Part shown: in pieces, positions 26,469 to 39,106 of the stretch | Layout of the letters: each line of letters begins with the position of its first letter | How positions within the stretch are numbered: position 1 is the first letter of the stretch | NCBI GenBank assembly: GCA_964016885.1 | Contig: OZ024758.1 | Location: forward strand, 22,754,001-22,818,000 | From: Eledone cirrhosa | Taxonomy: Eukaryota | DNA: 64,000 nt | Direction: 5' to 3' | Translations under genes and position numbers: made by a program | Notes under the pieces: model-generated | What the model was told of the DNA's origin: nothing | What the model saw: the letters and a program-made list of their open reading frames with translations, nothing else | Databases searched by the model: none

Positions 26469-26534
26469 TATTTCATTATATATATTTCGGGGATATCATA
26501 TTAACAATATGCTATGCCTTCATCAGACAAAATA
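26469..26534 (-). ncRNA. Type I hammerhead ribozyme motif with long stem II
   Basis: tattttgt-CTGATGA-a-ggcatagcatatt/aatatgatatcccc-GAAA-tatata-TA-atgaaata; palindromic stem III, AUA triplet. Confidence 0.65.
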
Positions 26535-26692
26535 CAATATAAACAGTTTTATAGATAAATATATTCGACATACCGTAATAAACATCAACTTCATTTGAAG
26601 AGGTTTACGCATAAATATATAAATAAAATAAAACACCTCTTTTTGTAGTAGCATAAAGAAAAAATGTGAAAGAAGTGCAATATAACTATAAC

Positions 26693-27716
26693 AAAATCTC
26701 ATAGATTCGATATTATGTGAAGTAAAGGCTTTACCATGAAAATACAATAGTAAATATAGAGTAATGTAAATGTTATGTGAGATATTATGTGAGGTAAAGC
26801 CTTTACCATGAAAATACAATAGTAAATATAGAGTAATGTAAATGTTATGTGAGATATTATGTGAGGTAAAGCCTTTACCATGAAAATACAATAGTAAATA
26901 TAGAGTAATGTAAATGTTATGTGAGATATTATGTGAGGTAAAGCCTTTACCATGAAAATACAATAGTAAATATAGAGTAATGTAAATGTTATGTGAGATA
27001 TTATGTGAAGTAAAGGCTTTACCATGAAAATACAATAGTAAATATAGAGTAATGTAAATGTTATGTGAGATATTATGTGAAGTAAAGGCTTTACCATGAA
27101 AATACAATAGTAAATATAGAGTAATGTAAATGTTATGTGAGATATTATGTGAAGTAAAGGCTTTACCGTGAAAATACAATAGTAAATATAGAGTAATGTA
27201 AATGTTATGTGAGATATTATGTGAAGTAAAGGCTTTACCATGAAAATACAATAGTAAATATAGAGTAATGTAAATGTTATGTGAGATATTATGTGAAGTA
27301 AAGGCTTTACCATGAAAATACAATAGTAAATATAGAGTAATGTAAATGTTATGTGAGATATTATGTGAAGTAAAGGCTTTACCATGAAAATACAATAGTA
27401 AATATAGAGTAATGTAAATGTTATGTGAGATATTATGTGAAGTAAAGGCTTTACCATGAAAATACAATAGTAAATATAGAGTAATGTAAATGTTATGTGA
27501 GATATTATGTGAAGTAAAGGCTTTACCATGAAAATACAATAGTAAATATAGAGTAATGTAAATGTTATGTGAGATATTATGTGAAGTAAAGGCTTTACCA
27601 TGAAAATACAATAGTAAATATAGAGTAATGTAAATGTTATGTGAGATATTATGTGAAGTAAAGGCTTTACCATGAAAATACAATAGTATATATAGAGTAA
27701 TGTAAATGCTACAGGG
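26693..27716. repeat. 72-bp minisatellite (about 14 copies) derived from the MITE family 1 subterminal region
   Basis: The unit matches the MITE right arm and the array ends in the TIR remnant AAATGCTACAGGG. Confidence 0.93.
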
Positions 27717-28096
27717 TTCACATCCATCTTTCCAAGCTAACGTAGGTTAGATGAGTTGTCCCGTTATGAGACAAGCCAGATCAAGATGACCAAGTCTTGC
27801 TCATACAGAACCAATCCTGGCTTGCATTCTACAGCTGGGTGCACTTCCTAACACCAATAACATCAATAATAATGACATAAATAAAAAAAATCAATGCATT
27901 GTATGCAAGGTGTATAAATATCACAGAAGAAGCAACTAAAACCTTTTCCCTTTCATCTATAAATTCAAACAGCCACAATATACATATAATAACAATGGCC
28001 AGTAAACACAGTAAACATATGCATTGGCAATATGTTGTCTGTGTATATATATATATATTTATGTAGGGGTGTATATATACATATATATTTGTGTGG

Positions 28097-28130
<34 letters not shown>

Positions 28131-28192
28131 GTAAGGTTATATTTAAAATTGTTGGGTTACAACTAGTAAATATAGTTTTCCATTTATTTAAT

Positions 28193-28236
<44 letters not shown>

Positions 28237-28361
28237 GGTGTTTATATATATATATATATATGGGTGTGTATGTGTATATGTGCCCCCGCAAAATGTATAC
28301 ACATTTTGATTACCTATAAGAATAATATTTATTCAACTGTTGTTGAAGTTTGCATACATCC

Positions 28362-28481
<120 letters not shown>

Positions 28482-28515
28482 ACTATAAATAGTATCTTTA
28501 TTATTTTATATATAC

Positions 28516-28585
<70 letters not shown>

Positions 28586-28682
28586 GAAAAGAACAAACAA
28601 AATGCAGGAGGTAATTGTATACAGTTGTATTAGGTTCACGCTTGTGTGTGTGTATGTATATATATATACATATATACATAAT

Positions 28683-29058
28683 GGAGGCACATGGCTTAGT
28701 GGTTAGAGCATATATATATATATATCCATATATGGCTTAGTGGTTAGAGCATTGGCCTTGCAATCGAAAGGTAGTGAGTTCAATACTCAGACCGGGTGGT
28801 GTGTTGTTTCCTTGAGCAAGACACTTTATTTCACATTGCTCCAGTTTACTCAGCTGTAGAAATGAGATGATAGGGACTGGGGTCCCTATCATTCCACTGC
28901 AAAGTGGTCGTGGAGGTGCCACGGCAAAAAAGCACCCAGCACTCACTGTAAATGAGGTTGGTGTTAGGAAGGGCATCCAGCTGTAGAAATCAAGCCAGAA
29001 TTAGTTCCCTTCCCACCCTTGCAAGTAGGGAAGAGCGGACGTATGATGATGATGATGA
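28683..29058 (+). mobile_element. Young tRNA-CORE SINE family A with a duplicated 5' head
   Basis: A box TGGCTTAGTGG, B box GAGTTCAATAC, CORE-like CCTTGAGCAAGACACTTT...CAGTTTACTCAGCTGTAGAAATG, (GAT)n tail. About 20 nt of the head is repeated across a (TA)n insert. Confidence 0.9.
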
Positions 29059-29120
29059 TATTTGTGTGTGTGTATATATATATATATATATTTGTGTGTG
29101 TGTGTGTATATATATATATA

Positions 29121-29180
<60 letters not shown>

Positions 29181-29353
29181 AATTAATAAAAACAATGAAT
29201 AAAAACAAAGAACAAGTTCCTTATATTAAAAAATTCATCATTTTACGATCGTTTCTAGGATATATATGTGTTGGTATGTATATCATATAGATCTATGTAA
29301 AGATTTTACAAACTATCAGAGGAAATACACATACCTTCACATATATATGCTGT

Positions 29354-29759
29354 CTTCAGAAATAATTGTTTCTACTTTTGGCACAAGGCCAGCAATTATC
29401 CCAGTGCATTACTGGTACTTTATTTTATCGACCCCGTAAGGATGAAAGGCAAAGTCAACCTCGGTGGGATTTGAACTCAGATCGTAAAGGGACGTAACTA
29501 TGCTGGAAAACATGGCGTCCGACCCTCTACCGATACTGCCAATCCACGCCCTTCAGAAATAATTGTTTCTACTTTAGGCACAAGGCCAGCAATTACCCAG
29601 TGCATTACTGGTACTTTATTTTATCGACCCCGTAAGGATGAAAGGCAAAGTCAACCTCGGTGGGATTTGAACTCAAATTGTAAAAGGACGTAACTATGCT
29701 GGAAAGCAGGGCGTCCGACCCTCTACCGATACTGCCAATCCACGCCCTTCAGAAATAAT
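29354..29759 (-). mobile_element. Two tandem SINE B copies with three copies of a 13-bp flank
   Basis: CTTCAGAAATAAT at 29354, 29551 and 29747. Confidence 0.9.
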
Positions 29760-30739
29760 GATATTTGTTTATTGAAAAAAACCAATAAAGATTTAATATA
29801 ATAGGTCTGTTTGGGGGAACAGGTTTTGAATTGACCAATAGAAAAGTACTAAGAGGTCAAGTTGATAGAATAGTAGTAGTAGAAATTTAATTTAGCGGTA
29901 GAGGAGTGCAGACTTAAGTTTTGAATGGAAAGAATACTTTGAGTGAAATGAATACTTTGGGGATGAAAAAAGGTCAAGCCGGTGAAGGGTACACGAAAAT
30001 TTGATGTTGTTAAAGAATAATGTTAATGTTAAAACCAAAGGAGAATAAAATTTTAGGGTAAAAGTGTTAGTGAGAAATACCAATCTTATTTAAAACACAA
30101 GGAATCTAGATCTATAACAAGAAATTAAATTAATTGATAGAGGTATACTTGTAGGGATAAATTTATATTAATTCATATGGATGTGATAAATAAGAATTAG
30201 ATGTTATTAAAGAATGTTGTTAAAAACGAAGGAAAATAAAATTTTGGGATAAGGGTAGTAGTGAGAAATACCAATCTTATATAGACTACAAGGAAACTAG
30301 ATTCATAACAGGATATTAAATTAATTTATATGTATACTTTTAGGTATTTATTTTAGGAAAAGAGAGCTGTGTGTGTGTGGCAGTATCGGTAGAGGATTGT
30401 ATGCCATGCTTTGACGCATAGAGTTACAGCCCTTGTCATTCTGAGTTCAAATCCCGCCGAGGTTAACTTTGCCTTTCATCCTTACGGGGTCGATAAAATA
30501 AAGTACCAGTAATGCACTGGGTAATTGCTGGCCTTGTGCCTAAAGCAGAAACAATTATTAATTACACAAGCTGCTATGAGTGAAAAGTCATTGATAGGGA
30601 GATCAATTATTTGGCAGGACTAAATATTCTCATTCACACAAAATACATTTGTATGGAAGCATATATAGATTAACTGACCAGCACTAACAGAGGACGCAAC
30701 CATTTTGAACAGAATTTCACAGCAGTCTCTCTCTATATA

Positions 30740-31670
30740 TGTGTTTGTTTGTGAGAGAGAGTGCGTTTGTGAGAGAGAGGAGAGTGTGTGTGTGTGAGAG
30801 AGAGAGGAGATAGTGTGTGTGTGTGTGTGAGAGAGAAAGAGAGTGTGTGTATGTGTGAGAGAGAAAGAGAGAGTGTGTATGTGTGAGAGAGGAGTGTGTG
30901 TGTGTGTATGAGAGAGAAAGAGAGAGAGAGTGTGTGTGTGAGAGAGAAAGAGAGAGTGTGTGTGTGTGTGTGAGAGAGAAAGAGAGAGAGTGTGTGTGTG
31001 TGAGAGAGAAAGAGAGAGTGTGTGTGTGTGAGAGAGAAAGAGAGAGTGTGTGTGTGTGAGAAAGAGAGAGATAGTGTGTGTGTGAGAGAGAAAGAGAGTG
31101 TGTGTGTGAGAGAGAGAAAGAGAGAGTGTGTGTGTGTGTGAGAAAGAGAGAGATAGTGTGTGTGTGAGAGAGAAAGAGAGTGTGTGTGTGAGAGAGAAAG
31201 AGAATGTGTGTGTGAGAGAGAAAGAGAATGTGTGTGTGAGAGAGAAAGAGAGAGTGTGTCTGTGTGAGAGAGAAAGAGAGTGTGTGTGTGTGTGTGTGAG
31301 AGAGAAAGAGAGAGTGTGTGTGTGTGAGAGAGAAAGAGAGAGTGTGTGTGTGTATGAGAGAGAAAGAGAGAGAGAGAGTGTGTGTGTGACACAGATGAAA
31401 GAGAGAGTGTGTGTGTGAGAGAGAAAGAGAGAGAGAGTGTGTCAGAGTGAGTGTGTGTGTGTGAGAGAGAAAGAGAGAGTGTGTGTGTGTATGAGAGAGA
31501 AAGAGAGAGAGAGAGTGTGTGTGTATGACACAGATGAAAGAGAGTGAGTGTGTGTGTGAGAGAGAAAGAGAGAGTGTGTGTGTATGACACAGATGAAAGA
31601 GAGTGAGTGTGTGTGTGTGTGTGTGAGAGAGAGAAAGAGAGAGTGTGTGTGTATGACACAGATGAAAGAA
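30740..31670. repeat. Compound (GT)n/(GA)n microsatellite
   Basis: Direct reading of the sequence. Confidence 0.95.
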
Positions 31671-31834
31671 TGAACTGTGAAATATTTCACAAAATAAAGA
31701 CTCAATTCAGACAGAAGAGATATTTGCTTTCCTAAAATGGTGCAATAGCAGTAACAGAACTGGCTTAAGACAGACATTTCCAGGAGTTGTTTTTAGACAT
31801 ATAACCACACATACACATATGCACACTCACACAC

Positions 31835-32295
31835 ACACACCATTTCCAGTAGGTTTTTATACATATACACACACACCATTTCCAGTAGGTTTTTATACAT
31901 ATACACACACACACACACTATTTCCAGTAGGTTTTTATACATATACACACACCATTTCCAGTAGGTTTTTATACATATACACACACACACACACACACCA
32001 TTTCCAGTAGGTTTTTATACACACACACACACACACACCATTTCCAGTAGGTTTTTATACATATACACACACACACCATTTCCAGTAGGTTTTTATACAT
32101 ATACACACACACACCATTTTCAGTAGGTTTTTATACATATACACACACACCATTTCCAGTAGGTTTTTATACATATACACACTCACACACACCATTTCCA
32201 GTAGGTTTTTATACATATAACCCCCCCCTCACACACACACACACACGTGCACTCACATACACACCATTTCCAGTAGGTTTTTTAATACATATAAC
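31835..32295. repeat. Minisatellite with constant core CACCATTTCCAGTAGGTTTTTATACATAT and variable (AC)n linker
   Basis: About 11 cores. Confidence 0.9.
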
Positions 32296-32477
32296 CACAC
32301 ACACACACACACACACAGAGAGATAGACACACTCACACACACACATGCTCACACAGACAGACACACTCACACACACATATATATATATATAAAGCGTTGA
32401 AGTATTTCTTTGAGGTCTATAGTTTCTTGTTTAAAGGACCAAAAGCATTTTACCAAATTAAAAGACAGAGTATATAA

Positions 32478-33016
32478 TATCATCATCATCATTTCATTTT
32501 ACGTCCGCCTTTTCCTGCTTGCAAGGGTGGGACGGGAACTGATTCTGGCTTGATTTCTACAGATGGATGCCCTTCCTAACACCAACCTCATTTACAGTGA
32601 GTGCTGGGTGCTTTTTTTGCCGTGGCACCTCCACGTCCACTTTACAGTGTGGGCTGGGTGCTTTTTTGCAGTGGCACCTCCACGACTACTTTACAGTGTG
32701 GGCTGGGTGCTTTTTTGCTGTGGCACTGCCATGTCCACTTTACAGTGTGGGCTGGGTTCTTTTTTGCCGTGGCACCGCCATGTCCACTTTACAGTGAGTG
32801 CTGGGTGCTTTTTTGCCGTGGCACCTCCACGACCACTTTGCAGTGGAATGATATGGACCTCAGTCCCTATCATCTCATTTCTACAGCTGAGTAAACTGGA
32901 GCAATGCGAAATAAAGTGTCTTGCTCAAGGAAACAACACATCACCCGGTCTGAGAATTGAACTCACAACCTTTCGATTGCAAGGCCAATGCTCTAACCAC
33001 TGGGCCATGTGCCTCC
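32478..33016 (-). mobile_element. SINE family A with the internal 49-bp unit expanded to about 5 copies
   Basis: Full head and tail; tandem units at 32590-32843. Confidence 0.9.
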
Positions 33017-33166
33017 ATAATATATATATGAAAAGATTCAGGCCCCCGATGGCTGAGCTCCAGCCATTTCAACAGCTAGATCCGAACTAAACCACTACTG
33101 GTTTAGTCCGGATCTAGAATTGGAAGTGAGGTCGGGATATATATACATATATACATATATATATAT

Positions 33167-33601
33167 GGAAACTGCGGAGTGGGGAGACCCAAGAAGACCT
33201 AGGATGAGGTAATAAAAGCCGACCTTACCCAATTGCTCCTCTCAAAGGCGATGACACACGACTGTGACCTCTGGCGTCACGCAGTAATACAGAAGACCCG
33301 ACCCCCTCCCCACGGGTACAAGCCGAAGCTGAAGCATATAGACAATATGCCCCCACCCCCTCCCACTGCAAAAAAGCACCCAGCCCACACTGTAAAGTGG
33401 ACGTGTAGGTGCCACGGAAAAAAAGCACCCAGCACTCACTGTAAATGAGGTTGGTGTTAGGAAGGGCATCCAGCTGTAGAAATCAAGCCAGAATCGGTTC
33501 CCGTATGAGCAAGACAAGGTCAGCCGCCCGGACACTGCCCACACAGGACAACCCGTCTAACCCATGCTAACGTGGAAGAATGGAAGTAAAACGGTGATGA
33601 T
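33167..33601 (+). mobile_element. RTE LINE 3' end (here called RTE-1) with a long 3' UTR containing the family D module
   Basis: Encodes VGRPKKT*DEVIKADLTQL and has the same ORF-to-module junction as 43692-44429. Confidence 0.85.
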
Positions 33602-33633
<32 letters not shown>

Positions 33634-34253
33634 TATATATATATATATAAAATTTTACTTTATATTTCCATTTGGAATGTTATCAAGAGTTTGTGTATGT
33701 GTGCACTCACGAATGCATGTATATGTGTGTGTGCATGAATGTGTGCTTGTGTGTTTGTATGTGTGTCTTTGTTTGTGTGCATGTATGCATGCATATGTGT
33801 ACATGTATATGTATGTGTACACATGCATATATGTGTGTGTGCATATGCATGCATGTATGTGTGTGTGCACATGCATGCATATGTGTGTGAGTGTATACAT
33901 GCATGTATGTGTGAGTGAGTGTATGCATGCATGTGTGTGAGTGTATACATGCATGTGTGTGAGTGTATGCATGCACATGCTTGTGCAGCTTATTAATGAA
34001 ATCTCTTGATTAACTCCAGAATATATTAATATCTAATTATTCTAGCAGAAGCTGACAAGAGGAGGATATAGCACAGCTCTCCTGCACTTCTTCTGTAAGG
34101 AAGACATGGAGCCTGCTAGAGGTATAATGTCTACAGCCTGCAGCAGTCTACATGGTGTTTAGTAAAGATCCTCTCTCACTATACAGCTGTGCTGCTAACA
34201 ATCTTACAAAGAAAGCTACTACAGTAATCTGTACTTCATTAATTAGCAAAGTA

Positions 34254-35107
34254 AGGGTGGTGGCTTGGCAGTATCGGTAGAGGGTCGGACGCCATGCATT
34301 GTAGCAAAGAGTTAATTCCCTTTATGATCCGAGTTCAAATCCCGCCAAGGTTAACTTTGCCTTTCATCCTTACGAGGTCGATAAAATAAAGTACCAGTAA
34401 TGCACTGGAGTAATTGCTGGCCTTGTGCCAAAAAGTAGAAACAATTAATTAGCAAGTGGATTGGCAGAATCGGTAGAGCATCAGATAAAATACTTTTTTC
34501 ATTATAGAGTTACGACCCTTTACGTTCTGAGTTCGAACCCTGCCAAAGTTAGCTTTGCCTTTCATCCTTGCAGGGTCGATGAAATAAAGTACCAGTCACA
34601 CACTGGCTGGGGTCGCTCTAATCGACTTTCCCATCTCCCCTTCAAATTGCTCGCCTTAAAATGTTTTTGCAGTATAGAGTTACGATCCTTTACGTTCTGA
34701 GTTTGAATCCTGCCAAAGTTAGCTTTGCCTTTCATCCTTACAGGATTGATAAAAATAAAGTACCAGTCACAGACTGGGGTGGATTTAATCACCTTCCCCC
34801 TCTCCCTTTCAAATTGCTGGCCTTGTGCCTAAAGTAGAAACAATTATTTATATGGAGGCTTATTCTATATTTTCTTTTCTTTCTTTCTTTAACTGTTTCT
34901 ACTTTAGGCACAAGGCCAGCAATTATCCCCAGTGTATTACTGGTACTTTATTTTATCGACCCTGTAAGGATGAAAGGCAAAGTCAACCTCGGCGGGATTT
35001 GAACTCAGATCGTAAAGGGACGTAACTTTCTTTAATAATATTAGTTTCTAATTCGAGTTGGGTGGGTCGTCGACAATATCGAGCCCCAGCATTTTACTGG
35101 TACTTTA
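34254..35107. mobile_element. Cluster of 4-5 SINE B-related copies in both orientations
   Basis: Repeated GCCTTTCATCCTT...AAGTACCAG; the cluster is bracketed by a 22-bp direct repeat. Confidence 0.85.
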
Positions 35108-35284
35108 TAATCTGTACTTCATTAATTAGTAGAATAATCAGGAGAGATGTTGGTTAACTTCAGGTTTAAATGGGTTCCCATAGTTTTTCTTTCACACAGG
35201 GACCGGTTCGTTTTCTTTTTCCTGCGAATATTCCCATTTCATTATATCTTATAATTAGCAGTCTTGCAGATGTAACAAACAAAT

Positions 35285-35960
35285 CACACACTACACCTGC
35301 ACACACACACCTACATACACACACACACACACCTACATACACACACGAACACACATACACACCTACATACACACACACACATACATACACCTACATACAC
35401 ACACACACACTACACCTGCACACACACACACACACACACTACACCTGCACACACACACACACCTACATACACACCACACACACTACACCTGCACACACAC
35501 CTACATACACACCACACACACTACACCTGCACACACACACTACACCTGCACACACACACACACACATACATACACACCACACCTACATACACACCACACA
35601 CACTACACCTGCACACACACACACACACATACATACACACCACACACACACATACACACCTACATATACACACACACACCTACATACACACCACACACAC
35701 TACACCTACATACACACCACACCTACGCACACACACACACACCTACATACACACCACACACCTACACACACCTACATACACCACACACCTACGTGCACAC
35801 ACACACACCTACATACACACCACACACCTACATACACACCACACACATACGCACACACCTGCACCTATGCACACACAGACACATACACACACATCACACA
35901 CCTACACACACACTCCTACACAGACCTTACACCTACACACACCCCACACTCCTACACACA
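35285..35960. repeat. CA-rich degenerate microsatellite
   Basis: Direct reading of the sequence. Confidence 0.93.
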
Positions 35961-36714
35961 ATCCTGATTTCCAATCAATATTTCTATGGCTGCTATAAAT
36001 AAGCTGCAGAGATAAGTTAAAACCAAGAAGCTATGAAAATCTTTGTTCCAGCTATTATACAATTTAGTATTTTAATAGGAGTTGATAAACTGACATGTAG
36101 GTGGAAAAATCTAATGATACGGGAAGATTTAACCCTTTAGCTCAGTATTTCCCAACCTTTTTCATGCTTGCACTCCTAAGTAATCATCATCATCATCATC
36201 ATCATCATCGTTTAACGTCCATCTTCCACACTTGCATGGGTTTGGACGGGAATTTTCCCACTTGAGGCAAGATTGGTTGTCTTGCTCGTATAGGATTGTC
36301 TAGGCGGGTTTTCTACGGCTGGATGCCCTTCCTAACACCAACCACGTTTACAGTGTGGACTGGGAGGTTTTTACCGTGTTACCTAAACGGCCACATTACA
36401 GCGTGGACTGTGTTTTTTTGTCGTGATACCTACACGACCTCATTTATTTTGGACTGGATGTTGTGGTACCAACATAACTTTACATCAAAAGGGGTGGTGT
36501 GGATGGGGTGGGAGTAGTGGGACAGGGGTGTATTTTTGTTAAGAGGTGCCTACTGACTGTAGTATTTTAATATATTCTCGCACCCCTTAAAACAGTAATA
36601 ATCTATTTTAGGATAAAGAAAATGAATTAATACTAAATTTGAGCAACAAATTTATATAATCTAACACTTTAATAATATATGTAAACAAAAATATTTTAAA
36701 ATAACGTAAATAAT

Positions 36715-37194
36715 GTAGGTGTCACGACAAAAAGCATCCAGTCCACACTGTAAAGTGGTCAAGTAGGTATCATGACAAAAAGCATCCAGTCCACACTGTA
36801 AAGTGGTTGTATAGGTGTTACGACAAAAAGCATCCAGTGCACACTGTAAAGTGGTTGTTTCAACAAAAAGAATCCAGTCCACACTGTAAAGTGGTCGTGT
36901 AGGTGTCTCAACAAAAAGCATCCAGTGCACACTGTAAAGTAGTCGTGTAGGTGTAATGACAAAAAGCACACAGTCCACACTGTAAAGTGGTCATGTAGGA
37001 GACATGGTAAAAAGGCTCCTAGTCCACACTGTAAATGTAGTTGGTGTTAGGAAGGGCATCCAGCCATAGAAAACCTGCCAGAAACAGTCCTATACGAGCG
37101 AGACACGGTCACCCGACCAATCTTGCCTCAAGTGAGACAATCCCATCTAACCCATGCTAACGTGGAAGATGGATGTTAAATGATGATGATGATG
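36715..37194 (+). mobile_element. Family D module with about 6 copies of the 48-bp unit
   Basis: Units at 36715-37030, then TAGGAAGGGCATCCAGCC and a (GAT)n tail. Confidence 0.85.
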
Positions 37195-37293
37195 AAGTGA
37201 ATTTAAATTTAATGACTCTTTTGTTCCTCTTTCTTGGTTATTAGTTTTTCAAAACGTGGCACCTTGTTGCTGATACAATATTATTAATAAAAA

Positions 37294-37529
37294 CGCCGAG
37301 GTTAACTTTGCCTTTCATCCTTACGGGGTCGATAAAATAAAGTACCAGTAATGCACTGGGTAATTGCAGGCCTTGTGCCTAAAGTAGAAACAATTATTAA
37401 TAAAAAGCATGGTTACGTCTCTTTACAGTGTGAGTTCAAATCCTGTCGAGGTTAACTTACGGGGTCGATAAAATAAAGTACCAGTAATGTACTGAGTAAT
37501 TGCTGGCCTTGTGCCAAAAGTAGAAACAA
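37294..37529 (+). mobile_element. Two 5'-truncated SINE B copies in tandem
   Basis: Separated and flanked by ATTATTAATAAAAA. Confidence 0.8.
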
Positions 37530-38355
37530 TCTATATATATAAAACTGTGGTTGTCTGTCTGTCTATCGATTTTTGGCACACATCTCCTCTTAGAATCTCT
37601 CACGGAATTGCACCGAAATTGCTATACTTGTACATTGAGCCCTAGCGAAGACATCGGAAAAAAAATATTTCAAATTGACCCACCCTATGTGACAAAATCG
37701 AATATAATGTATCGATTTTTTAGCGTAAGTTATCAGTTATTTCCCTTTGTTGTTTACATTGAGCGTCTTACGTAAAAAATTACGCTGGCTTTCTCAGCGT
37801 TTAAAATGACATTAACACAATACACGAACAGTTGTCGAGCCAGCAAAATATTGACCTGCAAAATTCATCAGTTCGAACACTAAGCTTCCGTTTTGCTTCA
37901 TTTCCATTTAAAAGCATTTTAAAACAATATTTTTACTTGAAAACAAGTCTATTTAAAGACTACGTAAAACAAGCAAATATTTCAGGCGTGCAGACAGACA
38001 GTCGTGCAGAGAGGTGATATAGGCGTGCAGACAGACATCTATATATATAATAACTGATAATTTGGTTACGCTAATGTTTTTCTCTGCGTTGCAGTGTTTA
38101 CATTTTCGATCTTTGTTAATAAATAACCAGTGCAGTTTCTATCCCCAGCATCCTCTATTGTTACAACATTCGGGTTATCGTTATGTTTTCTTAACTTCAT
38201 AAGGCATATTGTTGGTTGAGGGAATATTAATCAAAAACACCACATGCAAGTCTGCACAGTAGACATTACAGTTTTTAAGCCAAAAAAGAAACTTAACATT
38301 GTAACTTTAACACAGCTACTGAGCGACCCCGAGCAACGCCGGGCTTTACTGCTAG
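37530..38355 (+). mobile_element. Non-autonomous Helitron
   Basis: Starts TCTATATATATAAAA after an A. Ends with hairpin CCCGAGCAACGCCGGG (38328-38343), then CTAG before a T. No target-site duplication. Confidence 0.88.
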
Positions 38356-38602
38356 TTATTAATAAAAAACAAAATACTGCAATGTTATCTTGCACACCAT
38401 GGCTGGGAAATCCTGCTTTAGCATTTAAACCAGCTGTATCCGGCCAGAATTCTCTCACCTCTCTCTGCTCAAACCAGCTGTAACTGGCCACTAATATTGA
38501 TGTTAAGGTATTGTTCTCAAAATAAATAATATTAAAATCTCATAGATTCAATATTATGTTAGATGTGAGGTAAAGCTTTTGCTGTGAAAATCTAATAGTA
38601 AA

Positions 38603-39018
38603 CAGCACAGCTCCCATGACTTTCGTAGACATTTTTTCACGCTCAGAGTTGCTGAAGCATGGAACAAACTGCCTGCATCAGTTGTTAGCTGCCGAGACAC
38701 TGCATCCTTTAAGACACTCATGCTTCCTGAAATACGCCAAAACTACACCTGATGTATCCCTTCCATACACATGCACACATGATGTGTGTATCATGACTCA
38801 TGCACTGTTCATTTTCCTGATATTTGTGCATTGCCCTATGTACTGTACATGCACTTTTTGATGAGTTGTGGTGCACCTGGGCACTGTACACAATATTTCA
38901 TTATTATTATTATATCATGACTCATACACTGTTCATTTTCCTGACATTTGTACATTATTCTATGCACCTTTGATGAGTTGTAGTGCACCTGAGCACTGTA
39001 CACAATAATTTCATTATT
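38603..39018 (+). mobile_element. CR1-type LINE 3' fragment inserted in a MITE
   Basis: Homologous to 51259-51525; duplicated 3' UTR; (ATT)n tail. Confidence 0.85.
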
Positions 39019-39106
39019 CTATTCTAAATATAGAGCAATGTAAATGTTATGTGAGATAATTATGTGAGGTAAAGTGTTTACTGTGAAAATACAATAGTAC
39101 ATATAG

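Noticed and set aside
28683-28795. tRNA gene
   Set aside because: The A/B boxes belong to a SINE head; no cloverleaf or terminator.
31835-32295. Repeat-spacer array
   Set aside because: The spacers are only (AC)n length variants.
34045-34224. Plus-strand exon candidate
   Set aside because: All frames contain stops and no partner exon could be linked.
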